From Acidimicrobiia bacterium (GTDB lineage Bacteria > Actinomycetota > Acidimicrobiia > Spongiisociales > Spongiisociaceae): a DNA stretch of 64,000 nucleotides. The translations under genes were made by a program, and so were the position numbers. Position 1 is the stretch's first letter, and the number at the start of each line of letters is the position of its first letter. Below the pieces are notes generated by a model, which was given only the letters and a program-made list of their open reading frames with translations, searched no databases and was not told the origin of the DNA. Shown piece after piece: positions 9,266 through 19,230 of the stretch. The DNA is taken from assembly GCA_965200835.1 (NCBI GenBank), contig OZ241390.1, positions 2,327,616-2,391,615 of the forward strand, written 5' to 3'.

Positions 9266-11107
9266 TCAGGCTGAGTCCTGATCCCCCGCATCCTGGCTGT
9301 CGTCGGGCGCGCGGTCTTCCCGCTCGGCATCCGGCTTCACCGGGCACTGCTCGCCGGTGTAGTCCTCCGAGTTCTCGGGTAGCAGGCAAGGGTGGACCTC
9401 GAGATGGCGCGGGAGGGGGCTGTAATGGACAGTCCACTCCTGGCTGCTGCTAGGCCGGTCGGCATAGTCGACCTGGCGCGTGACCTTTACGGACCACCCG
9501 GACCGGCCCTCCTGTACCTCCACTTCACCGTCCCATGGCATCAACTCAGGATTCGGGAGGTATTTGGTGGTGAATTCCCGCCACCTGTACCTCTCGGACA
9601 CCCAGGCGCTCACCTGCCGACCGGAGTTGTTGCCGAACAACTTGACCGTGATCGATGTTCCGGTGAAGGAAGTCTTGATGACCACCGGGGCACTGGTGTC
9701 GTTCCGGAATATGAGGTCGGGCTCGCGCCAGTTGATGGTGGCCTCGATACCTTCCGGATATCGTGAGAAATAGTACGTGTGTGGCTGGTGGTCGATGATC
9801 TCCAGACCGGCCCAGAAGACTGCGTTGTAGAAAGTGGTAGCGAACTGGCTGACACCTCCACCCACGGTGTCTATGATCTCGCCCCGGATGATGGTCGGTG
9901 CCGGTAGATAACCCCTTTCCACAGTTCGCTCTCCCACCGTGTCGTTGAGCGACATTATCTCACCAGGCATGATCAGATGGTCGTTCAGGGTGGCCGCGAA
10001 CCGCTGGATGTTGTTGACCCGAGGTCGGCAGCAGGGATGTTCAGTAGTGAACTCGCCTATCTTTCCGGTCACCTGCCCGAGAACCTCTTCGGTGATGGCG
10101 GGCGCTACTCCGGTCGTCAGCGGCAGGATGGACGTCCGGTTCGGCCGGCGAGCAGCCTGCTCGGCGGCTTCCACCACCAGGTCCGGATCGATCAGGGCCC
10201 CAGGAAAGCCAGGAATGATGGTGATGCGGTCGTCCTCGTCGATGGCTAACCGGGCATCGGTCGGGGGAGCATCGAATCCGTCTCTCAACGGACGCAGGTA
10301 ACGGTCGAAGACGGCTGGATCGAAGGTGACTTCTAGGTAGGGACTCGGTTCTCCTTGCAGTCGAGTCAGCAGGGCTGCGGCCAGCTGTTCCTTGCTCAGG
10401 AGAAGGGTGATATCCGGATCACGACGGGAAAGGACCACCGATCCTGCGAGGAGGACTCGGGCCACTTCCAGCGCGGTGTCCACGGCCTCCGGCGCAAGCA
10501 AGGGCGGGAGTTCTACCACATCCAGGGCGATGGGGCCGGCGCCTGATGGCTCTACTAGAGCCGCTTGGATGAGGGAGCCGGCGGTGGATCGGTCGATCAG
10601 GAATCCTGGAAGGGGATAGCGAGGGACCGGGGTGGTCCCGTCGACTACGATCCCTCCTTCCGCCGGTTTGCCCAGCACCGAGTCGTAGTAGTCGAGCCTT
10701 CCGGTCAGAAGCTGGTCGTCTACGCCGGCTATGAGCGACCAGCTTCGATCCTGCTGGCTCTGTCCCCAGGCTGAGGCGGACTCGATGATCCCTGCGGGGC
10801 TAATAGCCTCCAGAGCACTGGCGATGGTGGAATGCTCGTCCACCTCGAAGCCGATCTCGGCAGGGACCAGGTCGAAGACTGCTCCGCCGGCTTCGACCTG
10901 GATCGGAGTGGTTGCCAGGCGGACCTCCAGCTCGTAGAGGGCTGCGAGGACCCGCTCAGCGGTGGCCGGATCCAGGTCTTCCACCCGCACGGGAGCAGGG
11001 GTCGTCTCGGGAGTGGCGGCGTCACGCAACCAACCTCGTCCCAATAGCACCAGTGCCAATGCCGCTGGAAGGACCACAGCAAGAGCGACACGGAGGGACT
11101 TAGACAT
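9266..11107 (-). CDS. VanW-family protein with peptidoglycan-binding (YoaR-like) region and G5-like C-terminus
   Basis: N-terminal TM, RVNNIQ, SLNDTVGERTVERGY, GGGVSQFATTFYNA, HQPHTYYFSRYPEGIEATI. Confidence 0.88.
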   Translation of the reverse strand: MSKSLRVALAVVLPAALALVLLGRGWLRDAATPETTPAPVRVEDLDPATAERVLAALYELEVRLATTPIQVEAGGAVFDLVPAEIGFEVDEHSTIASALEAISPAGIIESASAWGQSQQDRSWSLIAGVDDQLLTGRLDYYDSVLGKPAEGGIVVDGTTPVPRYPLPGFLIDRSTAGSLIQAALVEPSGAGPIALDVVELPPLLAPEAVDTALEVARVLLAGSVVLSRRDPDITLLLSKEQLAAALLTRLQGEPSPYLEVTFDPAVFDRYLRPLRDGFDAPPTDARLAIDEDDRITIIPGFPGALIDPDLVVEAAEQAARRPNRTSILPLTTGVAPAITEEVLGQVTGKIGEFTTEHPCCRPRVNNIQRFAATLNDHLIMPGEIMSLNDTVGERTVERGYLPAPTIIRGEIIDTVGGGVSQFATTFYNAVFWAGLEIIDHQPHTYYFSRYPEGIEATINWREPDLIFRNDTSAPVVIKTSFTGTSITVKLFGNNSGRQVSAWVSERYRWREFTTKYLPNPELMPWDGEVEVQEGRSGWSVKVTRQVDYADRPSSSQEWTVHYSPLPRHLEVHPCLLPENSEDYTGEQCPVKPDAEREDRAPDDSQDAGDQDSA

Positions 11108-11231
11108 CAGGGAACCAGCAACCTCGTTGCATCATAACGCCGCGACACGAACTCCCCCTGCTTCTCCGGCGCTCGTCCACACCTGTTGGCCGGATATGGA
11201 TCCGGTCGAGAACCGAGCCTCATCGATGAGA

Positions 11232-12158
11232 TCAACCGGGCCTGAGAACTCGAAGGTGATCGGCCTCGGCCTCCACTGATAGCTTCCTCCGGGTGCCCAG
11301 TAGCTCTCCGTCAGCCTGGGCTATCACGCCGGCGGAGGCGCAGGTTACTTCCAGCGACCTGATCCCCGTCCACACCTCGAACCCGTCGACTTTCGCCAGG
11401 TCCCGGCCGGTGATGGCCCGACTCAGAACGGCCGGGATCTTTCGCCGGTTCAGGGATCGGACTATCAGCACACCCATAGTACCCGGCTGATGCGGCCCGT
11501 ACCGGATCGGTAACCGGCCGAAGTAGGTGTACCGGTCGTACACCCGCACCAGGACCGCCGACGCGGTGGCCGATCGGTCGGCAGACGCGACCTTGAGGCC
11601 GCTACTCGTGGCCGGGTACTCATTCCAGGCCACCGCCAGTGCCGACGCGGCGTAGTGAAGAGCTGGCAGGCGGAGCTTGCGATGAGGTGACTGCTCGGCT
11701 CGCTGTACCACGGCGGCATCCAGCCCCACACCGAAGGAGAAGGTGGCCAGCCGTCGCTCCGCTCTCCCAGAGCCAGTGTCGAGTGTCAGCATCGCAGCCG
11801 GTACCGGTCGAGGCGCAGGGCGGGTGCAGAGGAAGTCGGCCGCGCGGATCGGTTTGGCAGGAACGTCCACCAGCCTGGCCAGCACGTTGGCGCTACCGGC
11901 CGGGATGATTCCCAATGGGGTGGAGGTTCCGCCGACTCCGTTGGCCACGTGATGGACTACGCCGTCGCCCCCCATCGCCACTACCGCATCGAACCCGGCA
12001 TCCGTGGCGGCGGCGCTGATCATCCGGGCATCCGCGGGTGTCTCGGGCCATTTCACAGTCACCTCGAACTGTCGGCGCAGTCGGGCCAACACGTCCCGGA
12101 ACAGACCGCCCGTGAGGCCGGAGGCGGCCGGATTGGCGCACAACATGATCCGCTCCAT
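11232..12158 (-). CDS. Diacylglycerol/lipid kinase family protein (DAGK/YegS-like)
   Basis: NPAASG, GGDGVV, IPAGSANVLAR, GVGLDA, QADGE. Confidence 0.9.
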   Translation of the reverse strand: MERIMLCANPAASGLTGGLFRDVLARLRRQFEVTVKWPETPADARMISAAATDAGFDAVVAMGGDGVVHHVANGVGGTSTPLGIIPAGSANVLARLVDVPAKPIRAADFLCTRPAPRPVPAAMLTLDTGSGRAERRLATFSFGVGLDAAVVQRAEQSPHRKLRLPALHYAASALAVAWNEYPATSSGLKVASADRSATASAVLVRVYDRYTYFGRLPIRYGPHQPGTMGVLIVRSLNRRKIPAVLSRAITGRDLAKVDGFEVWTGIRSLEVTCASAGVIAQADGELLGTRRKLSVEAEADHLRVLRPG

Positions 12159-12234
12159 CCGACCAAGATTAGGGGACGGCCGGAAGCGGCTAGGATCGGG
12201 ATGGCAGATTCATGGAACAGGTGGAGGGTTCGGC

Positions 12235-13038
12235 GTGGAGGTGATCCGCCCAACCGAGGTCGACGACGTGGCGGTGGCTCTGGCGGCCCATCCCGACGCG
12301 GTCCTGCTCGCCGGCGGGACCGATCTGATGGTGGAGGTCAACTTCGGGTTGCTCCGTCCCGACAAGGTGGTAACGCTGCGGCGTCTCGGGGACATCCAAG
12401 ACCTTTCCCGGCGGAGGATCGGCGCAGGCGTGACCTTCCGCCGCCTGGAAGCGGGCGATCACCAAGCCCTGGCCCAGCTGTCCCGCACGGTAGGTTCGCC
12501 ACAGATCAGGGCAGCCGGCACCATCGGGGGCAACCTCGCCACGGCGAGTCCGGCCGGTGACTCCCTGCCCTTCCTAGCCGGTCTCGATGCCGAGATCGAG
12601 CTCTACTCGGCAGCCGGTACCCGCCGGGTTCGATGGGATGAGTTTTTCACGGGGGTGAAGCAAACGGACCGCCGGCGGGGAGAGCTGATCACGGCTGCTC
12701 TACTACCCGACGATCTGCCGGACCGGCAGGAGTTCGCCAAGATTGGGCAGCGCAGCGCTATGGTCATCTCGATCGTGTCTGCTTGCGTGTTCCGATGGCA
12801 GGACGGTCGTACCAGGGTGGCGCTCGGTTCGGTGGGCCCGGCCCCCGTGCGAGCCCGAAGCGCGGAGAGGATGATGTCGGCGGAACGGAATCCCAGTTCG
12901 GCTGCGCTCGACCACTTTGCCCGGCTGGTTTCCGAGGAGGTCCGTCCCATCACCGATCACCGCAGTACCCGCTCGTACCGCCGCCACGCAGCAGGTGTGC
13001 TGGCTCGTCGCTTGCTCGAAAGGTGCCTGGCTCGATGA
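12235..13038 (+). CDS. Xanthine dehydrogenase/CO dehydrogenase-family FAD-binding subunit (PucC/CoxM-like)
   Basis: LAGGTDLMV, VGSPQIRAAGTIGGNL.TASPAGD, PITDHRST..YRR; GTG start inferred. Confidence 0.9.
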   Translation: MEVIRPTEVDDVAVALAAHPDAVLLAGGTDLMVEVNFGLLRPDKVVTLRRLGDIQDLSRRRIGAGVTFRRLEAGDHQALAQLSRTVGSPQIRAAGTIGGNLATASPAGDSLPFLAGLDAEIELYSAAGTRRVRWDEFFTGVKQTDRRRGELITAALLPDDLPDRQEFAKIGQRSAMVISIVSACVFRWQDGRTRVALGSVGPAPVRARSAERMMSAERNPSSAALDHFARLVSEEVRPITDHRSTRSYRRHAAGVLARRLLERCLAR

Positions 13039-13490
13039 GGATCCGGCTGACCGTCAATGGCGAGTCCAGGGTATGTGACGTGGCGGGGACCGAGAGCCTG
13101 CTCTTCGCTCTTCGGGAACAGCTCGAGCTCCCGGGATCCAAGGGTGCCTGCGAGCAGGGGGAGTGCGGGTCTTGCTCGGTCATGCTCGATGGCAGCCTCG
13201 TGTGCGCCTGCCTGGTGATGGCGGCCGATGCCGAAGGATCCGAGGTGATCACCGTCGAAGGGATAGGACAGTCCGGACTTCATCCCGTGCAAAGAGCCCT
13301 AGTCGACTCCGGGGCTGTCCAGTGCGGTTTCTGCACCCCTGGTTTCGTGGTGGCGGCGGCCGCTCTTCTGGAAGAGAACCCCGCCCCGTCCTCCGATGAG
13401 ATTCGGGAGGCGCTGGCCGGCAACATCTGCCGCTGCACCGGCTACGGCGCCATTCTCCGCGGTCTCGAGACGCTGGTGGGTGGCCGATGA
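13035..13490 (+). CDS. (2Fe-2S) subunit (PucE/CoxS-like)
   Basis: GACEQGECGSC, QCGFCTPG, GNICRCTGY; ATGA overlap with the upstream gene. Confidence 0.93.
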   Translation: MRIRLTVNGESRVCDVAGTESLLFALREQLELPGSKGACEQGECGSCSVMLDGSLVCACLVMAADAEGSEVITVEGIGQSGLHPVQRALVDSGAVQCGFCTPGFVVAAAALLEENPAPSSDEIREALAGNICRCTGYGAILRGLETLVGGR

Positions 13491-15715
13491 CCACTCGGGT
13501 GCGGACCCGCCGAGTACGTGGCGGGGTGGGGGAGTCCACCCACCGCTCCGACGGTATCCCCAAAGTCGACGGTACTTACCTGTACTCGTCCGACCTCCAC
13601 ATGGACCGGATGCTGTCGGGTGCCACCCTGCGTAGCCCACATCCCAAGGCGCTGATCACCAAGCTCGACATCGGACCGGCCCTCGCCGTGACTGGGGTCC
13701 ATGCAGTGCTCACCAGCGACGATGTTCCGGGGCGCAACCTATTCGGCATCGAGGATCCCGACCAGCCCATCCTGGCGTCCGGATCGGTCGAGTACTGGGG
13801 CCAACCGGTGGCTTTGGTGGCGGCCGACCATCCGGAGACCGCCCGCCTAGCTGCTGAAGCGATCGATGTGGAGTACGACGTACTGGCCCCGCTGGTCGAT
13901 CCCCAGGAGGCTGACGCCGCCGGTTCGGTTTTCGCGAGGATCAGCTGCCGGAGGGGTCCCCAGGATATGGCGGGATCGGTGGCGGTGGAGGGATACTACG
14001 AGGTGGGTACCCAGGATCAGGCCCCGCTCGGAACCGAGTCCGGTCTGGCCATCCCGGACGGACAGGGCGGTGTCGATCTGCATATCGCCACCCAGTGGAC
14101 TCATGTGGACCATGAACAGATCGTGGCCGGTCTCGGGGTAGCGGACGACATGGTGCGGGTCCATCACGCCGGCGTGGGGGGAGCGTTCGGCGCCCGGGAA
14201 GACATAAGCCTGCAGATCCACCTATGCATGCTTGCTCTGTATACCGGCAAGCCGGTCAAGATGGTCTACAACCGCTCGGAGAGCTTCGCTGGTCATGTCC
14301 ACCGCCATCCCGCCCTGCTCTGGTTCCGCCACGAGGCCGATCCGGACGGAACCCTGCGCCGTATCGAGGCGAGGGTCATCATCGACGGAGGGGCGTTCCG
14401 GTCGACCAGCGACTCGGTGATAAGCAACGCCGTCTATCACGCTACCGGACCGTACCAGTGTGACTCGGTGGCGATCGAAGGGGTGGCGGCGAGGACCAAC
14501 AATCCCCCTTGCGGAGCTATGCGGGGCTTCGGCGCGGTTCAGGCCTGTTTCGGCCACGAGGCTCAGATGGACAAGCTGGCCGCCGCGCTCGGAATGGATC
14601 CGGTCGACCTGAGGATCAAGAACGCCCTTCGAAGGGGCGATCCCCTGGCCACCTCCGGCCAGGTACTCGATACCTCGGCGCCGGTGGTGGAGATACTCGA
14701 GCGGATCCGCCGCATGCCAATGCCCGCGGACGCGGGAAGCGACGATCCCCGGCTGCTACCCGGAGGCACCGGACTCACGACCTCTCTGCCGCAGGTCAGG
14801 CGTGGGGTGGGTTACGCGGTCGGGCTCAAGAACCTCTGTTTCTCGGGAGGATTCGACGACTACTCCGAAGCGCGGGTCTGTCTTACGCCTCTCGGCGTGG
14901 AGGCACACACCGCGGCGGCCGAGGTAGGTCAGGGCCTGGGTATGGTGTGCGCCCAGATCGCTCGGACTGTTCTGGGGATCGAGGATGTGCTGGTGTACTA
15001 CGACGACACGTCCAAGATCGGCTCGGCGGGACCGTCCTCCGCCTCCCGCCAGACCCAGATGACCGGTGGAGCGGTGCTCGAAGCCGCGCTGATGGTGCGC
15101 GAGATTGCCCTCAACCGGGGTCAGGGTGACGAGCTTGACGCCTCAGGGGTGTGGAAGGACGGGGTGCTGGTCACCTCCATGGACCGGTTGCTGGAGCGGG
15201 GTGACATCGAGTACCACACCAGGTTCCATCACCCGCCTACCGAGCCGCCTGGGGACAACGGTCAGGGCAACCTCCATGTGGATTTTGCCTTTGCGGCTCA
15301 TCGGGCCGTGGTCGATGTAGATCAGCAACTCGGTCTGTTCCGGGTGGTGCAGGTCGACACCGTCCAGGATGTCGGCTTCATGATCAACCCCCAGTCGGTG
15401 ATCGGCCAGATCGAAGGGGGCACCATGCAGGGTATTGGCCTGGCCACCCTCGAGGAGCTGGTGATCGAGGATGGTGTGATCAAGAACCCCAACTTCACCG
15501 ACTACCTGCTGCCCACGTTCCTGGACGCTCCCCCGATAGGCGTCGAGGTGATCGAGGAGCCCAGCTCGTTCGGACCCTTTGGAGCCAAGGGCGTCGGTGA
15601 GTCTCCAACCGTGTCATCCACCGCCGCCGTAGTGGCTGCCATCCGCCAGGCCACCGGTCTGGAACTGAACCGAACCCCGGTGAGACCCGAACACGTAGCC
15701 CTCAGCGGCGCTTAG
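13487..15715 (+). CDS. Molybdopterin-binding subunit of xanthine dehydrogenase family (PucD-like)
   Basis: GGAFGARED, AMRGFGAVQ, AAEVGQG, SSASRQT, GAKGVGE. Confidence 0.92.
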   Translation: MTTRVRTRRVRGGVGESTHRSDGIPKVDGTYLYSSDLHMDRMLSGATLRSPHPKALITKLDIGPALAVTGVHAVLTSDDVPGRNLFGIEDPDQPILASGSVEYWGQPVALVAADHPETARLAAEAIDVEYDVLAPLVDPQEADAAGSVFARISCRRGPQDMAGSVAVEGYYEVGTQDQAPLGTESGLAIPDGQGGVDLHIATQWTHVDHEQIVAGLGVADDMVRVHHAGVGGAFGAREDISLQIHLCMLALYTGKPVKMVYNRSESFAGHVHRHPALLWFRHEADPDGTLRRIEARVIIDGGAFRSTSDSVISNAVYHATGPYQCDSVAIEGVAARTNNPPCGAMRGFGAVQACFGHEAQMDKLAAALGMDPVDLRIKNALRRGDPLATSGQVLDTSAPVVEILERIRRMPMPADAGSDDPRLLPGGTGLTTSLPQVRRGVGYAVGLKNLCFSGGFDDYSEARVCLTPLGVEAHTAAAEVGQGLGMVCAQIARTVLGIEDVLVYYDDTSKIGSAGPSSASRQTQMTGGAVLEAALMVREIALNRGQGDELDASGVWKDGVLVTSMDRLLERGDIEYHTRFHHPPTEPPGDNGQGNLHVDFAFAAHRAVVDVDQQLGLFRVVQVDTVQDVGFMINPQSVIGQIEGGTMQGIGLATLEELVIEDGVIKNPNFTDYLLPTFLDAPPIGVEVIEEPSSFGPFGAKGVGESPTVSSTAAVVAAIRQATGLELNRTPVRPEHVALSGA

Positions 15716-15725
15716 CCGGTTTCCA

Positions 15726-16916
15726 GTGACCCTCCCGGCCCGGACCGGTCACCTCACCCGCCGTCGCTTTCTTGTCATGAGCGGGATGGCCGCAGCAGGT
15801 GGAGTGTTATTAAGCACCGGGAGTAGGGCTTGGGGAACTCCCGGGGACATTCCCGGCAGTGTTTCCATCGATTCCCGTCATGCCATAGTGCCACGGATAG
15901 TTTGGGGGTCAGATTTACCTCCTACCGGGCAATTGCAGCAAGAAGCACCAGGTGATGTGCGGTTCCTGCTTGTTCATCACAGCGCGTCCCCGAATGACTA
16001 CTCGCCAGAACAGTCGATCCGTTACCTCAGGAGCTTCTACAACTATCACACTTCTGCGGAGAAGGGTTGGCCCGACATCGCATACAACTTTCTGGTCGAT
16101 CGTTATGGGCAGATCTTCGAAGGTCGGGAGGGAAGTATCGGCTCACCTATCAAGGGGGATGCGACCGGGGGAAGTCAGGGATACGCGCTCCTGACATGTT
16201 TCATCGGTGACCATCGTGAAGTCGCTCCGACGCCCGATGCGCAGTCGGCCATGGTTGCGCTACTGGCCTGGTTGGCAGGTACGTACGGTATCGATCCCGG
16301 CCCGGGTGCGACCGCGGAGTTCGTGTCCCGCGGCTCGAACTTGCATCCCGAGGGGATGGAGGTAGTGACCTCTACTATCACCGGCCATAGGACTATGTCC
16401 AGAACGACCTGTCCCGGGGATGAGGCGTTCGAGTTGGTGGAACACAGCTTCCCGGTGGAGGTCGCCGCAGCTTTGTCGATGCATGGACCGGAGGTACCTT
16501 CACCGGTTGAGGTGCCTACTACCTCCAACGAAGCACCAGCTCCAGCAACGATCTCGACCACGACAACCCCGCCTACCACCTCAGCGCCGGCTGCGGCTAT
16601 CACCCCCGAGACAACTTCAGATATCCACCCTGACACTACGTCGCTAGCGGTCGTATCAACGGCTCCGACCGTTCCTTCAACAGTCGGAGCAAGGGAAGAT
16701 ACGGAACCTGCAGCTGTTCCGACCACGACCGAGGTGATCGATCAGGAGACGAGGGCTGTAGCTCCTCCACCTACCGCTCCGGCCACGGACTCAGCCGGCG
16801 GGACGTCCCGCCAGCTGATGGGTCCTATCCTGGCCGGTATCGGAGGGGCGATGCTGGCGGCAGCATACGGGCTCCGCCGCTGGCTTGGTGTCGCCACTGA
16901 CAACACGTCCAAGTGA
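15726..16916 (+). CDS. Tat-exported PGRP-type N-acetylmuramoyl-L-alanine amidase with Pro/Thr stalk and C-terminal membrane anchor
   Basis: TRRRFL Tat motif; VHHSA, WPDIAYNFLVDRYGQIFEGR, GHR...TTCPG Zn ligands; hydrophobic tail followed by RR. Confidence 0.88.
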   Translation: MTLPARTGHLTRRRFLVMSGMAAAGGVLLSTGSRAWGTPGDIPGSVSIDSRHAIVPRIVWGSDLPPTGQLQQEAPGDVRFLLVHHSASPNDYSPEQSIRYLRSFYNYHTSAEKGWPDIAYNFLVDRYGQIFEGREGSIGSPIKGDATGGSQGYALLTCFIGDHREVAPTPDAQSAMVALLAWLAGTYGIDPGPGATAEFVSRGSNLHPEGMEVVTSTITGHRTMSRTTCPGDEAFELVEHSFPVEVAAALSMHGPEVPSPVEVPTTSNEAPAPATISTTTTPPTTSAPAAAITPETTSDIHPDTTSLAVVSTAPTVPSTVGAREDTEPAAVPTTTEVIDQETRAVAPPPTAPATDSAGGTSRQLMGPILAGIGGAMLAAAYGLRRWLGVATDNTSK

Positions 16917-16996
16917 TGGAAATACATCGAGTTCCCCATAGTTAGCACATCGGTCGAGTCGGTCCGGGTCGGTTCGATCAGGACCGGACTTGTAGG

Positions 16997-18265
16997 TCAG
17001 TGCCGGGCGGGTGCAAATACCAGGCCGCGGTCGGCAGGGTCTTGTGATAGGCGGCGGCCGTAGCACTTTGAGGCGGTTTTCATGTCGAGGTCGGTCCAGC
17101 AGGCGTTTTGGGCTTGGGCAGCGGTGGTGAATGGTCCGGCGAATACGACCCAGTATCCGGGGTTGAGGCTCTGATAGTCGTCACTGAGCAAGATTCCTAA
17201 TGGTATCCCGTGTTTGCGCGACAACTCATCCAGGATTCGTTCAGCCTCCGAGAAGGAGGTCGTAGACACTATTACGGAAATGAACGTACTATCTAGAGCT
17301 GAATTATTCTCAGCTTGGGTGGTGGTTGTCTTTGTACCTCGGTTTACATATTCAGTTAGAAGAGCAAAGTCGATGGCCGAGTAAGCTTCGGTTAGTTCAC
17401 CCATACCACCGCTTGTGGAAATGGCCCGCATTGTTATACCAATCACCCGTCCCTGACCGTTGACCATTGCTCCTCCGCTCTGTCCTCCTGTCCCAGCCGC
17501 ATCTGTCCTCAATACCGTTAGACCTGTTGCCCACTCTTCATATACACGAGAAAGAATACCTTGAGTGATTGAAGCTTGAGGATACGGATCGGATTCAGCA
17601 GGATAGCCTATTAGGAATACAGTACTACCGGGCGGACTATCTTCACCGTCTTTGAGCTTTAGAGGGGGTGCTAGAGCATCGACTGGTCCCAGTACTGCCA
17701 AGTCCGCCCAAGGTTCCCACCCGACCACGGGGACGTCTCGAAACTCTGTACCGTCGGGAAAGAACACTCTGAGGACGGTCGTGAACGGCTGGACTACATG
17801 GTAGTTGGTGACTATGTAACCTCCTTCGGTCAGGACACCACTACCGGACCGGGTTCCATCAGCGTTGATCAAGAAGGCGATAGACGGAGCGACTCGCCGG
17901 TAGATCTCTTCGGCCGTTGTTGGATTACTGAGAGATGTATTGGAGATTGTTGTGGTAACGTCGCTCGACGTTACCAGTGACGTGGCTGCCGTCGACACGG
18001 TTGAAGTAACCAATTCCGAGGTCAGTATCGTGCCCACAGATGTAGTGGCAACATCGGTGGTTGATGAGGCTTCTGTCGTCGATGTTGACAGCGCTATAGT
18101 AGCGGTTGTAAAGGGAGGAACAATTGTTGTGGTGTCTTCGGATGTGTAAGTGGAGTACGAGTCACCGCAGGCCGTGAGGAGCGCGATCAGGAAGAGTGTT
18201 ACACTGATCGTTATAGGTCTGTAAAGGAACGTCGCTCTTCTCCTGTCACTCCGACTGTATGGCAT
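16997..18265 (-). CDS. Lipoprotein trypsin-like (S1C) serine protease with Ser/Thr linker and C-terminal SPOR-like domain
   Basis: LTAC lipobox; GSG, TNYHVV, DLAVL, GQSGG catalytic motifs; C-terminal SDDYQSLNPGYWVVFAGPF; start uncertain. Confidence 0.82.
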   Translation of the reverse strand: MPYSRSDRRRATFLYRPITISVTLFLIALLTACGDSYSTYTSEDTTTIVPPFTTATIALSTSTTEASSTTDVATTSVGTILTSELVTSTVSTAATSLVTSSDVTTTISNTSLSNPTTAEEIYRRVAPSIAFLINADGTRSGSGVLTEGGYIVTNYHVVQPFTTVLRVFFPDGTEFRDVPVVGWEPWADLAVLGPVDALAPPLKLKDGEDSPPGSTVFLIGYPAESDPYPQASITQGILSRVYEEWATGLTVLRTDAAGTGGQSGGAMVNGQGRVIGITMRAISTSGGMGELTEAYSAIDFALLTEYVNRGTKTTTTQAENNSALDSTFISVIVSTTSFSEAERILDELSRKHGIPLGILLSDDYQSLNPGYWVVFAGPFTTAAQAQNACWTDLDMKTASKCYGRRLSQDPADRGLVFAPARH

Positions 18266-18266
18266 C

Positions 18267-18419
18267 CGAGCATTAGCATAACCCTACGTCCCAGCGGACT
18301 CCAGTCTGATGTACCTCTTGCCCCTTTGTGCACCTCAACCTTGATATCGTATTCCGGTCGAGTAGCCAACCATTCCGTGATACACGGCTTATTGTCTGTA
18401 GGGTACGAGCATTAGCGTA
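18267..18419. repeat. Direct repeat CGAGCATTAGC(A/G)TA flanking a ~125-bp segment with short inverted ends (MITE-like)
   Basis: DR at 18267-18280 and 18406-18419; ACCCTAC at 18281 and GTAGGGT at 18398-18404. Confidence 0.45.
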
Positions 18420-18422
18420 GGT

Positions 18423-18700
18423 TTACAGCCACTCCGTGACTGGGGTGGAGCGAAACCACTCGAGGTCGATTCCGCCGCCCCCGACTAGCAGGGTTCGTGT
18501 AGGTCGGTGGGCCGCGGCGAAGGCTGCTATCCCGGGTAGGGTGGTTGGTGCCCGGCCGCTCTTGACCTCGATTGCCACTACCCGAGTGCCCGCAGTGCCC
18601 AATAGATCGAGATAGTGGGCGATGGCCGTAGTATTGCCTGCGTCCTGAAGCTGGCCGAGCATCTTGGTGTAGAAGAGTATCTGGCCCGAGTAGGCATGGC
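18423..18700 (-). pseudogene. C-terminal fragment of AAA+ ATPase/DUF4143 protein
   Basis: AYSGQILFYTKMLGQLQDAGNTTAIAHYLDLL and VVAIEVKSGR...LLVGGGGI motifs, with an apparent internal deletion between them. Confidence 0.75.
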
Positions 18701-18744
18701 TGCGATCCTGCGGAACACCAGAACTGTCCGCCTACTCGGTAGTT

Positions 18745-19230
18745 ATGATTGCCGACCGCGATGCCCGACTGAAGAACCCCGGAGGCACGAAGGGCGGCGC
18801 GACCTGGTTCGAGAGCTTGCGTTGGTTCTCAGACCAAGACGGCTATCGGCCGAGCGGCCACGTCCGGGTAGGTTTCTCACCCCGGAACCTTCAGCATGGG
18901 TTCAAGCGTCTTCGCGCCGATGGTCTTGTCACTTGGGAACACCGGAGCACCAGTCCCGACCAACCCGGTCGCCGCTTCCGATCCGGTCGCTGCAACATCT
19001 ACAAGAATCGCTTCAACCGGGCACGACGAGGCGAAGGCGGGCCAAGGTCAAAACCTCAACCCCGGGGGTGGCCGAGAGGCCACCAGACCGGGGTTTCCAA
19101 CAGGAAAAATAACGAAGACCTAAGACGCTGTCAACACACCGACCTTCACAGCGTCCGCGCTCGAACGCCTCATCTCGGCGGAACGCTTCGCATCCTTCGT
19201 CAAGGGACACCAGGACCCTCAGACCGCTAG
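18745..19230 (+). pseudogene. Possible winged-HTH replication-initiator-like remnant
   Basis: SPRNLQHGFKRLRADGLVTWEHR...GRRFRSGRCNIY resembles the HTH_36-type wHTH; the rest is uninformative. Confidence 0.3.

Noticed and set aside
9266-11107. Vancomycin resistance locus
   Set aside because: VanW-domain proteins are widespread; no vanHAX or vanRS nearby
12235-15715. Aerobic CO dehydrogenase (coxMSL)
   Set aside because: Active-site loop is AMRGFG, not the form I AYxCSFR motif
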